DNA from: Candidatus Saganbacteria bacterium
GTDB lineage: Bacteria > Margulisbacteria > WOR-1 > JAPLLA01
Assembly: GCA_026387795.1 (NCBI GenBank)
Contig: JAPLLA010000019.1
Span: 2,972 to 66,971 of the forward strand
Reading direction: 5' to 3'
DNA length: 64,000 nucleotides
This document shows positions 9,500 to 18,306 of this stretch, piece by piece. Below the pieces are notes generated by a model. That model saw only the letters and a program-made list of their open reading frames with translations, was not told the DNA's origin and made no database searches. Positions within the stretch are counted from its first letter, which is position 1, and each line of letters opens with the position of its first letter. Made by a program: the position numbers and the translations under genes.

Positions 9500-10075
9500 C
9501 TAAGCCTTAGTGCTAAAAGTGGATGAATCCCAATTTACAGGAATATCTTTTTTGTAAGTCAGCTTGCGGTTTAAGTAGTCAGAGAGCATCTGCTTAAGCT
9601 CTGCCATTTCTTTTTCCGGCAGGTTATCGCTCATCTTTGGCTTTCCAGTGGCAATATCAACTACCGTAAACCCTTTATCGCTTATTACTCTAATCGCTTC
9701 GGGAACAGCGGTCTTTTTTACTACCTGGTAAGCCGCGAATTCTGGATTGTACTGGTCGCGTAATCCCACAATAAATAAATAGCGAAAATTGTGGGCCAAA
9801 TCCTGCTCCGATGGATAAGCTATACCTTTAGGATGAGTATGGTAAACTCCTAAAAATTCCATCCCGTGCTTTTGTAAAAAGAGGTGGCCGCGCTCAAAAT
9901 CTTCGCCAACCAAGCCGTATTTTTTATTTGGGTCAAGGAATTCTTTGTTGGCAATGGGAAGTACGGCCATAATAGAGTTCCCTTGCCCGCCCAAGATTCC
10001 GCCAGTCTCCTGCGGATACGCTTCCATGGCTTGTTGTAAAATTATTCTATATTGATGCTCTGTAATCTGTAACAT
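9500..10075 (-). CDS. JAMM/MPN+ family metalloprotease (Mov34-like)
   Basis: 191 aa; ...GVYHTHPKGIAYPSEQD matches the JAMM motif H-x-H-x(7)-S-x(2)-D; upstream Glu also present. Confidence 0.7.
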   Translation of the reverse strand: MLQITEHQYRIILQQAMEAYPQETGGILGGQGNSIMAVLPIANKEFLDPNKKYGLVGEDFERGHLFLQKHGMEFLGVYHTHPKGIAYPSEQDLAHNFRYLFIVGLRDQYNPEFAAYQVVKKTAVPEAIRVISDKGFTVVDIATGKPKMSDNLPEKEMAELKQMLSDYLNRKLTYKKDIPVNWDSSTFSTKA

Positions 10076-10082
10076 AATTTAG

Positions 10083-10209
10083 TTGTTGTGGGGGTGCGTT
10101 GTGGGTTGTGGGGCGAGTTGTGAGTAGTGAGAATGGGGATAATTTAAATAATTCCCCACAACCCACCCTCACAACACGCCTCACAGCTCATAACCCACAA
10201 CTCACAACC
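10083..10209. repeat. ~127-bp imperfect GT-rich/CA-rich palindrome (possible long stem-loop, possible G-quadruplex-forming on the transcribed strand)
   Basis: left arm of GTTGTGGG-type repeats, central GGGGATAATTTAAATAATTCCCC, right arm of CACAACCC-type repeats; fills the gap between the YqeY-like stop and the JAMM start. Confidence 0.5.
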
Positions 10210-10638
10210 CTAAGAAAGAAATTTCTTTACCATGGCATTAACAACTTTGCCGTCTATGCCAGGAGCCTTTTGGAGAACCTCTTTCATGACTTTGCCCATA
10301 TCCTTGGCAGAAGCTGCACCGGTATCGGCAATGACTTGTTTGATTAGCGTTTTTAGTTCTTCTTCGGAAAGAGCTTTGGGTAAATATTCTTCCACAATCA
10401 AAAGCTCTTTAGCGGTTTCTTCTGCGGCTTCGTTTCTCCCCACTTTTATTGCTTCTTCAATCGCTTCTTTTAGGCTCTTGCCGTATTTAGAAATAATTTT
10501 GATGATTTCTTCGTCCGGAAGTTCCCCCCGCGCATTTACCAAAAGGATCTTGCTCTTTACCATGCGGAGCACCGAAAGCCTTTCCGCGTTTTTTTCTTTC
10601 ATGGATTTCTGCAAATCGTCGTTTAATTTTTTAAACAT
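10210..10638 (-). CDS. GatB/YqeY domain-containing protein
   Basis: start MFKKLNDDL at 10638 with GGAGGAG SD; ...LSVLRMVKS... typical of the YqeY family; the longer 162-aa ORF is probably an over-extension. Confidence 0.8.
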   Translation of the reverse strand: MFKKLNDDLQKSMKEKNAERLSVLRMVKSKILLVNARGELPDEEIIKIISKYGKSLKEAIEEAIKVGRNEAAEETAKELLIVEEYLPKALSEEELKTLIKQVIADTGAASAKDMGKVMKEVLQKAPGIDGKVVNAMVKKFLS

Positions 10639-10699
10639 TTTTCTCTCCTCCTTTTCGCGGCATGATACTACATATGACAGTGTATAGCAAGAAAGCAAA

Positions 10700-10760
10700 A
10701 CAAAAACACCATATATAGCAGCTTGACAGCCCCAGATATAGTAGCCTATACTGACCCCGC
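10700..10760 (+). promoter_or_regulatory. putative nrdR promoter (TTGACA-17-TATACT) with two NrdR-box-like ATATAG-containing motifs
   Basis: ACACCATATATAGCAG near 10706-10721, TTGACA at 10724-10729, CCCAGATATAGTAGCC near 10731-10746, TATACT at 10747-10752; SD GAGGT precedes the TTG start at 10779. Confidence 0.35.
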
Positions 10761-10778
10761 TCCCAGAGGTAGTGAATA

Positions 10779-11246
10779 TTGAAGTGTCCTTTTTGTGGCA
10801 AAAAAAACGATCGAGTACTGGAATCGCGAGTTGCGGAAGAAGGGTTGGCAGTCAGAAGGCGCCGCGAATGCGTTGGGTGTAAGGAACGCTTTACTTCCTA
10901 CGAGCGGATAGAAGAAAAGCCCCTCTGGGTGATCAAGCGCGACGGCCGCAAGGAGACTTATTCCAGGGAAAAACTGTTAAGCGGGGTGGTGAGGGCGTGC
11001 CACAAGCGATCAGTAGCGCTTAGTGCGGTAGAAAGATTGGTTTCCGAAGTAGAAAAACTTTTACATAAAGAAAAAGGGCGGGAGGTTAAATCTTCAAAAC
11101 TTGGCGAACTCACCCTAAAAAAGCTTAGAAAACTGGATTCCGTAGCCTACGTGAGATTTGCCTCTGTTTACCATCAATTTAAAAACCCCGAAGAGTTTTT
11201 TATTGAAATGAAGAAATTATTATCCGGGGGGCGTCGTGGCAGATAG
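10779..11246 (+). CDS. nrdR: transcriptional repressor NrdR
   Basis: 155 aa; N-terminal zinc ribbon MKCPFCG...CxxC followed by an ATP-cone domain; TTG start. Confidence 0.9.
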   Translation: MKCPFCGKKNDRVLESRVAEEGLAVRRRRECVGCKERFTSYERIEEKPLWVIKRDGRKETYSREKLLSGVVRACHKRSVALSAVERLVSEVEKLLHKEKGREVKSSKLGELTLKKLRKLDSVAYVRFASVYHQFKNPEEFFIEMKKLLSGGRRGR

Positions 11247-13280
11247 AGAAAAGAAAGGAAGTGCGGCAATGAATCCAATGGCAGTAGCGGACGAAATAAA
11301 AAAAGAAGATTCAACGGACTTGGCTTTGTTTGTAAGAACCTCGGGAGACGATATTATTGCCTGGAACAGGCAGAAGATTGTGGAAGCCTTGATCCGGGAG
11401 ACCGGGCTGGCCAGAGAAATAGCGGACCAGATTGGATGTGAAGTGGAAGACGAAATGAAGAAGATGAACCTTAGGTTTGTTACTTCCCCGCTTATCCGCG
11501 AGCTGGTAGATGTAAAACTTTTGGAACACGGTGAAGAAGAAGCGCGGCGCAAGCATACCAGACTTGGCACCCCGCTTTATGATGTGCAGCAGCTCATTGT
11601 CAACGCCAACAAAGAAAATGCCAATGTCCCACATGGTCCCGAAGCCACCAACCTGACCCTTGCTGAAAACATTAAAAAAGAATTTGCCCTACTTTCGGTT
11701 TTTGCCCAGGATGTTGCTGATGCACACATGCGTGGCGACCTGCACCTGCATGATTTGGGTTTTATAGACCGCCCTTATTGCAGCGGACAATCCGTGGAAT
11801 ATGTAAAAAAATTCGGGCTCGACCTTCCAAACGCGCTTTCAATAGCAAAACCGGCAAAACACGCAGAAGTTTTGCTTGCACAAATGGTTAAATTCTCTGC
11901 TGCACTCCAGGGAGTGTTTGCCGGTGCAATTGGCTGGGATGCGGTAAACCTCTTTTTTGCTCCATTTTTAGAAGGGATGTCAGACGCAGAGATTAAGCAG
12001 ATTGCACAAATGATGATCTATGAATACAGCCAGCAAGCAGTGGCCAGGGGAGGGCAGGCGATTTTTTCAGACATCAACATATACTGGGAAATTCCCAAAC
12101 ACTTTGAAAATGTTCCGGCAATCGGCAAGGGGGGACAGTATACGGGCAAGGTTTACGGAGACTACTTAAAAGACGCACAGAGGTTTGCTTGGGCATTATT
12201 TGACGTATATATGGAAGGAGACGGCTCCGGTCGTCCCTTCTTTTTCCCAAAACCGCTGGTGCACATGACTGAAAAGTTTTTTAAAACCGAAGGCCACCAA
12301 GAATTCTTATTGCATATTTCCAAAGTCGCCACGGAAATGGGGAACACTTATTTTGTGTTTGACCGGGGAGAAACCGCCAAGATTTCCGAATGCTGCCGTC
12401 TCTCTTTTAAGCTGGAGCAGTCGGATCTGGATGATGCCAAAGAACCGTGGAGGATGCGCTATTCCGCTCTCCAAAACGTAACCATCAACCTCCCCAGGAC
12501 AGCATTTAAAGCAGAGGGAAGCGATGAAAAACTCTTTGTGCTGATAGGAGAAATGCTGGAACTGGCAGCTACTGCACACGTACAAAAGAAAAATTTTATT
12601 GAAGCGCTCTTGGCCAAAGGTACAAGCGGACCGCTTTCCATGCTAGCCATGAAGCGTGATGGCCAGCCGTATCTTAGGATGTTTAGAGTAAGTTATTTAA
12701 TGGGCATTTTGGGTCTCAATGAACTGGTGCAAGCACATATTGGCAAAGAGATGCATGAAAGCGACGCAGCTCTAAAACTGGGGCTCAAAGTAAATTCTTT
12801 TATGAAAATAAAATGCGACGAACTTTCCAGAAAGCACGGAATCCATTTTGTGTTGGAGCAAACCCCGGCAGAATCCACTGCCTATCGTTTTGCAAAACTT
12901 GATATTGCGCACTACCCTGAACAAGCCAAAAGAGTGGTAAAAGGGAATTTTGCTACAGGTGAAATTTATTACACTAATTCCACTTATTTCAATGAGAAAG
13001 CAAGCCGAGCCCTGCAAGCATTGCCAATTTTGTCATCAAGACCTTCCGTGAAACACAAAACACGCAAATTGCTTTTTCCCCGGAATTTACTTCCTGCAAC
13101 GACTGCGGGAAGATTGTAAGAGGACTAAAAGATCGCTGCCCTTATTGCAGTTCCGAGCAAATCGAAGGGATTACACGTATTACCGGGTATTTTTCAAAGA
13201 TTAAAGGATGGAATCGCGGTAAGACAGGGGAACTCAAGGAACGTTTCCGCGTCGGCACATTTTTTGAGGCATCATGTTAA
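11236..13280 (+). pseudogene. nrdD: anaerobic ribonucleoside-triphosphate reductase paralog (copy 1) with an internal ~95-nt out-of-frame deletion
   Basis: collinear with the intact copy at 13274-15367 up to ...YYTNSTYFN; then frame A reads a non-homologous tail ending at 13119 while frame +2 continues ESKPSPASIANFVIKTF...CNDCGKIVRGLKDRCPYC...RITGYFSKIKGWNRGK (Zn ribbon and glycyl-radical motif) to 13280; the ~32 aa VGNPMNLIDRVKQEGLFHPLIDAGALTHIWLG present in copy 2 are missing. Confidence 0.55.
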
Positions 13281-15367
13281 AACCCGAGATGCTCCAAGAG
13301 GAGAAAGAAGCGACAGATTTAGCTGTTTTTGTCCGCACTTCCACAGAAGATATGGTGGAGTGGGACAGGGAAAAAATTATTGGCGCATTGGTCAAAGAGA
13401 CGGGACTGGACCGGGAAATAGCAAAGATCATTGGTATCGAAGTTGAAAAGCAGATCCGCTCTATGTCTGTAGAAGTAATCACAGCACCCTTGGTTAGAGA
13501 ACTTGTAGATGTTAAGCTTTTGGAATATAAGCTGGAAGAAGCCAGAAGAAAGCATACCCGCTTGGGGGTTCCGGTTTACGACGTAAAAAGGATTATTTTT
13601 CACAAAAACAAAGAAAATGCCAATACTCCGCACTCCCCGGAAGCCACCAACCTGACCCTTGCGGAAAACATTAAAAAAGAATTTGCTTTAATGAATGTCT
13701 TTTCCCTTGATGTGGCAGATGCCCACATGCGCGGAGACATCCACCTCCACGACCTTGGTTTTGTAGACCGGCCTTATTGCAGCGGCCAGTCTATTGAATA
13801 CGTAAAAAAATTCGGGCTTGATCTTCCGGGTGCACCTTTTTCCGCAAGACCAGCGGAAGATGCGGATGAGCTGATTTCTCAGATCGTTAAGTTTTCAGTT
13901 GGGCTTCACAGTTTTTTTGCAGGAGCAATTGGCTGGGATGCCGTAAATATGTTTATGGCCCCTTATCTGGAAGGGTTGGGTTACGGCCACGTTAAAAAAC
14001 TGGCCAAGAAGTTGATTACGGAATTTGCGGCTGTGGCTGTGGCTGGCGGGGGGCAGGGGCTTTTTTCGGATTTAAATATTTACTGGGAAACTCCCAAGCA
14101 TTTTGAACAAGTCCCGGCTATAGGAAGGGAAGGGAGATATACCGGCAAGACTTACTCCGAATATTCCAAAGAAGCTCAGGAATTTGCCAAAGCGATGTTT
14201 GAAGTTTACAGAGAAGGGGACGGGGCAGGCAGGCCTTACTTTTTCCCAAAGCCATTGGTTCACATTACAGACAAATTTTTTAATACTCCCGGGCACGAAG
14301 AGTTTCTCAATTTAATCAGCGCAGTGGCTGCAGAAAAAGGGAACACTTACTTTGTTTTTGACAGGGGAGAGACCGCAAAAATCTCTGAATGCTGCCGCCT
14401 CTCTTTTAAACTGGAATATTCCGATCTGCAAGATGCCAAAGAACCATGGAGAATGCGCTATAGCGCCATCCAAAATGTTTCCATAAACCTTCCGCGCATT
14501 GCTTACCTGGCAGAACACGACAACGACCGGCTTTATAAAGAGATAGGGAGGTTTTTGGAAATAACCACAGCTGCACACAGGCAAAAGAAAAAATTTATAG
14601 TTGAGCTTTTAAACGAAGGTCCAAACGGGCCACTCTCCCTTTTAGCTACAAACCGTGACGGCGAAACGTACCTTAGATTGCGCCGCGTTACTTACCTTAT
14701 TGGCATGGTGGGTTTAAACGAAATGGTCCAATATCATTTGGGGAAAGAAATGCATGAAACATCCGAAGCATTAAAGCTTGGGCTCAAAATCATCTCTTTT
14801 ATGAAATTAAAATGCGAAGAGCTTTCGGAAAAATACGATATGCATTTTGTTTTGGAACAAACACCCGCAGAATCCACTGCGTATCGTTTTGCAAAGCTGG
14901 ACATGAAACACTTTTGTGTGGAAGCCGAGAAAGTGATGAAAGGAAATCTGGCGAACGGTGAAATTTATTATACCAATTCCACCTATTTCAATGTTGGGAA
15001 TCCCATGAACCTGATCGACCGCGTTAAACAAGAAGGGTTGTTCCACCCGTTGATTGACGCGGGTGCTCTTACCCACATTTGGCTGGGAGAATCACAGCCG
15101 GACCCGGAGTCTATTGCAAATTTTGTGGTCAAGACTTTTAACTCTACCCAAAATTCGCAGATTGCTTTTTCACCGGAATTTACAGTTTGCGGGGATTGCG
15201 GAAAAACCAGCCGCGGGTTATACTCTACCTGCCCGTTTTGCGCATCTGCGCACATCGAAGGAATCACTAGAATCACGGGCTATTTCTCGCGTGTTGCGGG
15301 CTGGAACAAAGGGAAAATCGGAGAGTTAAAAGACCGTCACCGGACCCAAGTCTTAAAGGAGGGTTAA
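13274..15367 (+). CDS. nrdD: anaerobic ribonucleoside-triphosphate reductase (class III RNR), intact copy
   Basis: 697 aa; C-terminal CGDCG...CPFC zinc ribbon and RITGYFSRVAGWNKGK glycyl-radical motif. Confidence 0.9.
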   Translation: MLKPEMLQEEKEATDLAVFVRTSTEDMVEWDREKIIGALVKETGLDREIAKIIGIEVEKQIRSMSVEVITAPLVRELVDVKLLEYKLEEARRKHTRLGVPVYDVKRIIFHKNKENANTPHSPEATNLTLAENIKKEFALMNVFSLDVADAHMRGDIHLHDLGFVDRPYCSGQSIEYVKKFGLDLPGAPFSARPAEDADELISQIVKFSVGLHSFFAGAIGWDAVNMFMAPYLEGLGYGHVKKLAKKLITEFAAVAVAGGGQGLFSDLNIYWETPKHFEQVPAIGREGRYTGKTYSEYSKEAQEFAKAMFEVYREGDGAGRPYFFPKPLVHITDKFFNTPGHEEFLNLISAVAAEKGNTYFVFDRGETAKISECCRLSFKLEYSDLQDAKEPWRMRYSAIQNVSINLPRIAYLAEHDNDRLYKEIGRFLEITTAAHRQKKKFIVELLNEGPNGPLSLLATNRDGETYLRLRRVTYLIGMVGLNEMVQYHLGKEMHETSEALKLGLKIISFMKLKCEELSEKYDMHFVLEQTPAESTAYRFAKLDMKHFCVEAEKVMKGNLANGEIYYTNSTYFNVGNPMNLIDRVKQEGLFHPLIDAGALTHIWLGESQPDPESIANFVVKTFNSTQNSQIAFSPEFTVCGDCGKTSRGLYSTCPFCASAHIEGITRITGYFSRVAGWNKGKIGELKDRHRTQVLKEG

Positions 15368-15368
15368 A

Positions 15369-15686
15369 ATGGGAGAGCAACAGATTGATATTAAGGTGTT
15401 TGGTAAACCGGGCTGCGAATATTGTAAGACCACCATGAAAAAGTTTGAGACCTTCCTGGACCGGTGGGAGATAGAAGACTCCAAAGTAGCTTTAAGTTTT
15501 TTTGATATGGAAACAGTAGACGGTTTGGCAGAAGGGGCTTTTTATTCTGTAACCAAGATCCCTGCCACTGTAATTGAAAAGCAGGGAGAACAACTCGGTT
15601 TTTGGCACGGCCAAGTCCCGATCTCAAAAGATTTTGAAAAGTTTTTTGAAGAGCTTAGACCAGTGTCAGCAGTAGAGATTAACTAG
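15369..15686 (+). CDS. glutaredoxin/NrdH-like thioredoxin-fold protein
   Basis: 105 aa; CEYC redox motif near the N-terminus; immediately downstream of nrdD. Confidence 0.55.
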   Translation: MGEQQIDIKVFGKPGCEYCKTTMKKFETFLDRWEIEDSKVALSFFDMETVDGLAEGAFYSVTKIPATVIEKQGEQLGFWHGQVPISKDFEKFFEELRPVSAVEIN

Positions 15687-15694
15687 GTTAAAAA

Positions 15695-16576
15695 CTAATC
15701 TAAGCAGAGTTTATAACGGGTAGACTTATTTTGCCCTTCTTTTGTGACTAATTTATTTTTTATCAACGGAACAATAATCTGATTTATTCTTGAACGTGTA
15801 AGACCCATGGTTTTTTGTAATTCTTTTACTCCTATTAGGGGTCGATCTTTTAAGGTTTTTATTAGTTCTTCTTGTCTAGGAGAGAGAGTTAGCGTGCATT
15901 TGGAGGAGACCTGTAATTCTTCAATCCGTTTTTTTGTTTTTCCTAAGGTTGCAACAATTCCTTCGGCAACATATTCAACCCAATGGGTTAAATTGTTGTC
16001 CAATTCGCGGGTTTGCTGGATTTTTTCATAATAGTATTTGCGGTTAGAAGCGAAAAAATCATCTAGGCTAAGAATGTGATTTGTATCGATTCCCCATTGA
16101 TATATAATCCAGGCCCCAACCGCCCTGGCTACCCGGCCATTCCCGTCCGAAAAAGGGTGGATAGAAACAAAACGATGGTGAAAGATTGCTCCTACAATTA
16201 CACCATGCAAGATTTTTGTTTTTGAAGAGTTTAGCCATTCAAGGAGTTCGTGCATTAGTTTTGGGGTTTGCTTGGGAGTGGGAGGGGTGTAAATACGGAT
16301 TCTATTTTCATTGACCACATAGTTTTGCTTGGTTTTGTAGCTCCCAGTTTTTTGGTTTGGTAGTAATTCCTGCATAAGCATTTTGTGCAGGAGAAAAAGG
16401 GCGGATTCTGTTATTTGTGACTGGGAATGTTTTTCTATCCAGCACAAGGCTTTTAGGTAGTTGGTGATCTCTTTTTCGTAGTGCAGGGGGATTTTTAATT
16501 GTTCCCCTTGTTCCAGGGCTTTGACTTGTGCCAGGGATAAAGGGTTCCCTTCTATTGAAGTAGAAGAGTGGGCCAA
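15695..16576 (-). CDS. fic: Fic family protein (AMPylase-type fold) with C-terminal winged-helix domain
   Basis: 293 aa; canonical Fic motif HPFSDGNGRVAR; C-terminal HTH-like segment. Confidence 0.85.
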   Translation of the reverse strand: MAHSSTSIEGNPLSLAQVKALEQGEQLKIPLHYEKEITNYLKALCWIEKHSQSQITESALFLLHKMLMQELLPNQKTGSYKTKQNYVVNENRIRIYTPPTPKQTPKLMHELLEWLNSSKTKILHGVIVGAIFHHRFVSIHPFSDGNGRVARAVGAWIIYQWGIDTNHILSLDDFFASNRKYYYEKIQQTRELDNNLTHWVEYVAEGIVATLGKTKKRIEELQVSSKCTLTLSPRQEELIKTLKDRPLIGVKELQKTMGLTRSRINQIIVPLIKNKLVTKEGQNKSTRYKLCLD

Positions 16577-16636
16577 GTGCGCTCTGGTCTCTTTTTGAAG
16601 TTAAAGCAAGGCACATACATGGTAGCCATTATACAT

Positions 16637-16669
16637 TTGCGTCAAGTTTGCGTCAAGGGTTGCGTCAAG
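16637..16669. promoter_or_regulatory. three direct repeats of TTGCGTCAAG at ~11-12-bp spacing upstream of fic
   Basis: copies at 16637-16646, 16648-16657 and 16660-16669; lies 60-95 nt upstream of the fic start on the minus strand. Confidence 0.6.
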
Positions 16670-16672
16670 GGC

Positions 16673-17350
16673 TTATTTGGAGATCCTTTTTAGCAGTGCT
16701 TGCGGATTGTCTTTAATGGCTTTTATGATTGCTTCTTTTTTTAGCCCAGCCGCTTTTGCTACAGCGTAAGCTTCTATTTGTGTAATGAGTCCAGTTTCGC
16801 TATGTGCATCGGTATTAACCAGGAGGTCTGCGCCCCAGGCAGTAGCTATGGCTGCCACGTGTTTGTTGCCGAGCTTGTGTCCATGCTTGGCAGAGAGCTC
16901 CAGGTAAATCCCATGCTGCTTGGCAAGCAAGGTGTCTTCTTCTGTAATTTCCCCTGGATGCGCCAATATGTCTACTAATCCTTTTAGCTTTACTGCAGCG
17001 TGGTTGGTTCCCGGATAAACAGGTTCTACCGGACTTTCGCCGTGGACAATAACAATCTTTGCCCCAAGCTGTTTGGCTTTTTCCGCATAAAAAGGTATTT
17101 GGGATGGAGTAATGTAGCTTAGCTCTACCCCAGGGATAACCGTAATCCCAAGTTCCGGGCCTTGTTCATTTACAAATTTTAGGATGCTTTTTATGACGAA
17201 TTCAAAATTTGATGCATCCACGTGGTCAGTGATGGCAATTGCAGCATGGTCACGGATTTCAGCTTCTCTAACCAGTCCGGCAGGCAGCAGCAGCCCGTCG
17301 CTTAAAGTAGTGTGGCTATGAAATTCGATCCTTTTGCCCAAATCCTGCAT
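16673..17350 (-). CDS. PHP-domain metal-dependent phosphoesterase
   Basis: 225 aa; N-terminal IEFHSHTTLSDG typical of the PHP (histidinol-phosphatase-like) fold. Confidence 0.7.
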   Translation of the reverse strand: MQDLGKRIEFHSHTTLSDGLLLPAGLVREAEIRDHAAIAITDHVDASNFEFVIKSILKFVNEQGPELGITVIPGVELSYITPSQIPFYAEKAKQLGAKIVIVHGESPVEPVYPGTNHAAVKLKGLVDILAHPGEITEEDTLLAKQHGIYLELSAKHGHKLGNKHVAAIATAWGADLLVNTDAHSETGLITQIEAYAVAKAAGLKKEAIIKAIKDNPQALLKRISK

Positions 17351-17402
17351 GTTTTTATTCTAACACATTGAAATTTACTTTAATACTTGCCGATAGTAAC
17401 TT

Positions 17403-18164
17403 ATGCTAGAACTGGTTAGTAATGTTAAGCAATTTGCTTCTAAGCAGGAATGGGAATATGCTTGGCATGTTTATGGGAAAGCTTTGGGTAAAAGAAATAC
17501 TCCTGCGCCTGCAAAGCAATGTGATAGGGTAGAGGGAGACTTTCCTAGCTGGGAAAAGGGATGGATTCAGCAAGGGATAACAGTCATGGCGCACCTGGCC
17601 AATGGAATGGACCCTCCGGAAGCCAGCTACCTGGCATGGCTGGCAACTTCAAAAAGCGTATTTTCACAGCTTCCAATAGCAGTATCAGTTGATTTTAGTC
17701 CCACTCCAAGAGCGCTTCGGGCAATTTTGGCGTCGGCCACAGATCCAGCAGCAAGTGAAATCTGTTATGCAAAGTTTATGGCAGGCTTGTCCGGCATCCA
17801 GCGGCGATACCCAAGAGCTTTAATGGTGATGACAGACAGTAGTGTTCAACCCCACAATTGGGACCGCTATCCAAGAAAACCAGAAGAGCTTCTCAATGGG
17901 ATTGCATATCCTTTTGCTGGGGTAGCACTGGCAAAAACAGATTTTCTTTCGCCAAAAGATGGGGCAACTCCTACCCATGAGATGTTCCATTTATTGGGTT
18001 TTGCAGGGCACCATGGTAACTATGCAGTGCCAGGATACCCGGAAGAAGAATGCGTGATGCAGCGTTATCCTAAAACTACGCACTTGTGCCGCAGGGATGG
18101 GGATGCCTTGAGGGCTTTTTGGGGCGGAGTGGAAGAGACCACAGGGAGGCGGTTTTTGCTGTGA
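17403..18164 (+). CDS. hypothetical protein with HExxH zinc-metallopeptidase-like motif
   Basis: 253 aa; THEMFHLLGFAGHHG motif. Confidence 0.4.
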   Translation: MLELVSNVKQFASKQEWEYAWHVYGKALGKRNTPAPAKQCDRVEGDFPSWEKGWIQQGITVMAHLANGMDPPEASYLAWLATSKSVFSQLPIAVSVDFSPTPRALRAILASATDPAASEICYAKFMAGLSGIQRRYPRALMVMTDSSVQPHNWDRYPRKPEELLNGIAYPFAGVALAKTDFLSPKDGATPTHEMFHLLGFAGHHGNYAVPGYPEEECVMQRYPKTTHLCRRDGDALRAFWGGVEETTGRRFLL

Positions 18165-18306
18165 AAAATATTTGTTTAAAACTGAAATTTCCGGCAAAAT
18201 TGCACGATATATATATAGAAGAGAGTAGCAAACGAGCATTTGCTATATTTGTTTAAACTAAAAAACGCCTGAGCCTGTTCGGGCGTTTTTTTATGGAGGG
18301 GTAGAG

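Noticed and set aside
10232-10687. 151-aa plus-strand ORF antisense to the YqeY-like gene
   Set aside because: Ser-rich low-complexity translation opposite a conserved gene.
13000-13280. Programmed ribosomal frameshift in nrdD copy 1
   Set aside because: The lesion is a ~95-nt deletion relative to the paralog, not a slippery heptamer plus structure. Pseudogenisation or a split gene is more plausible.
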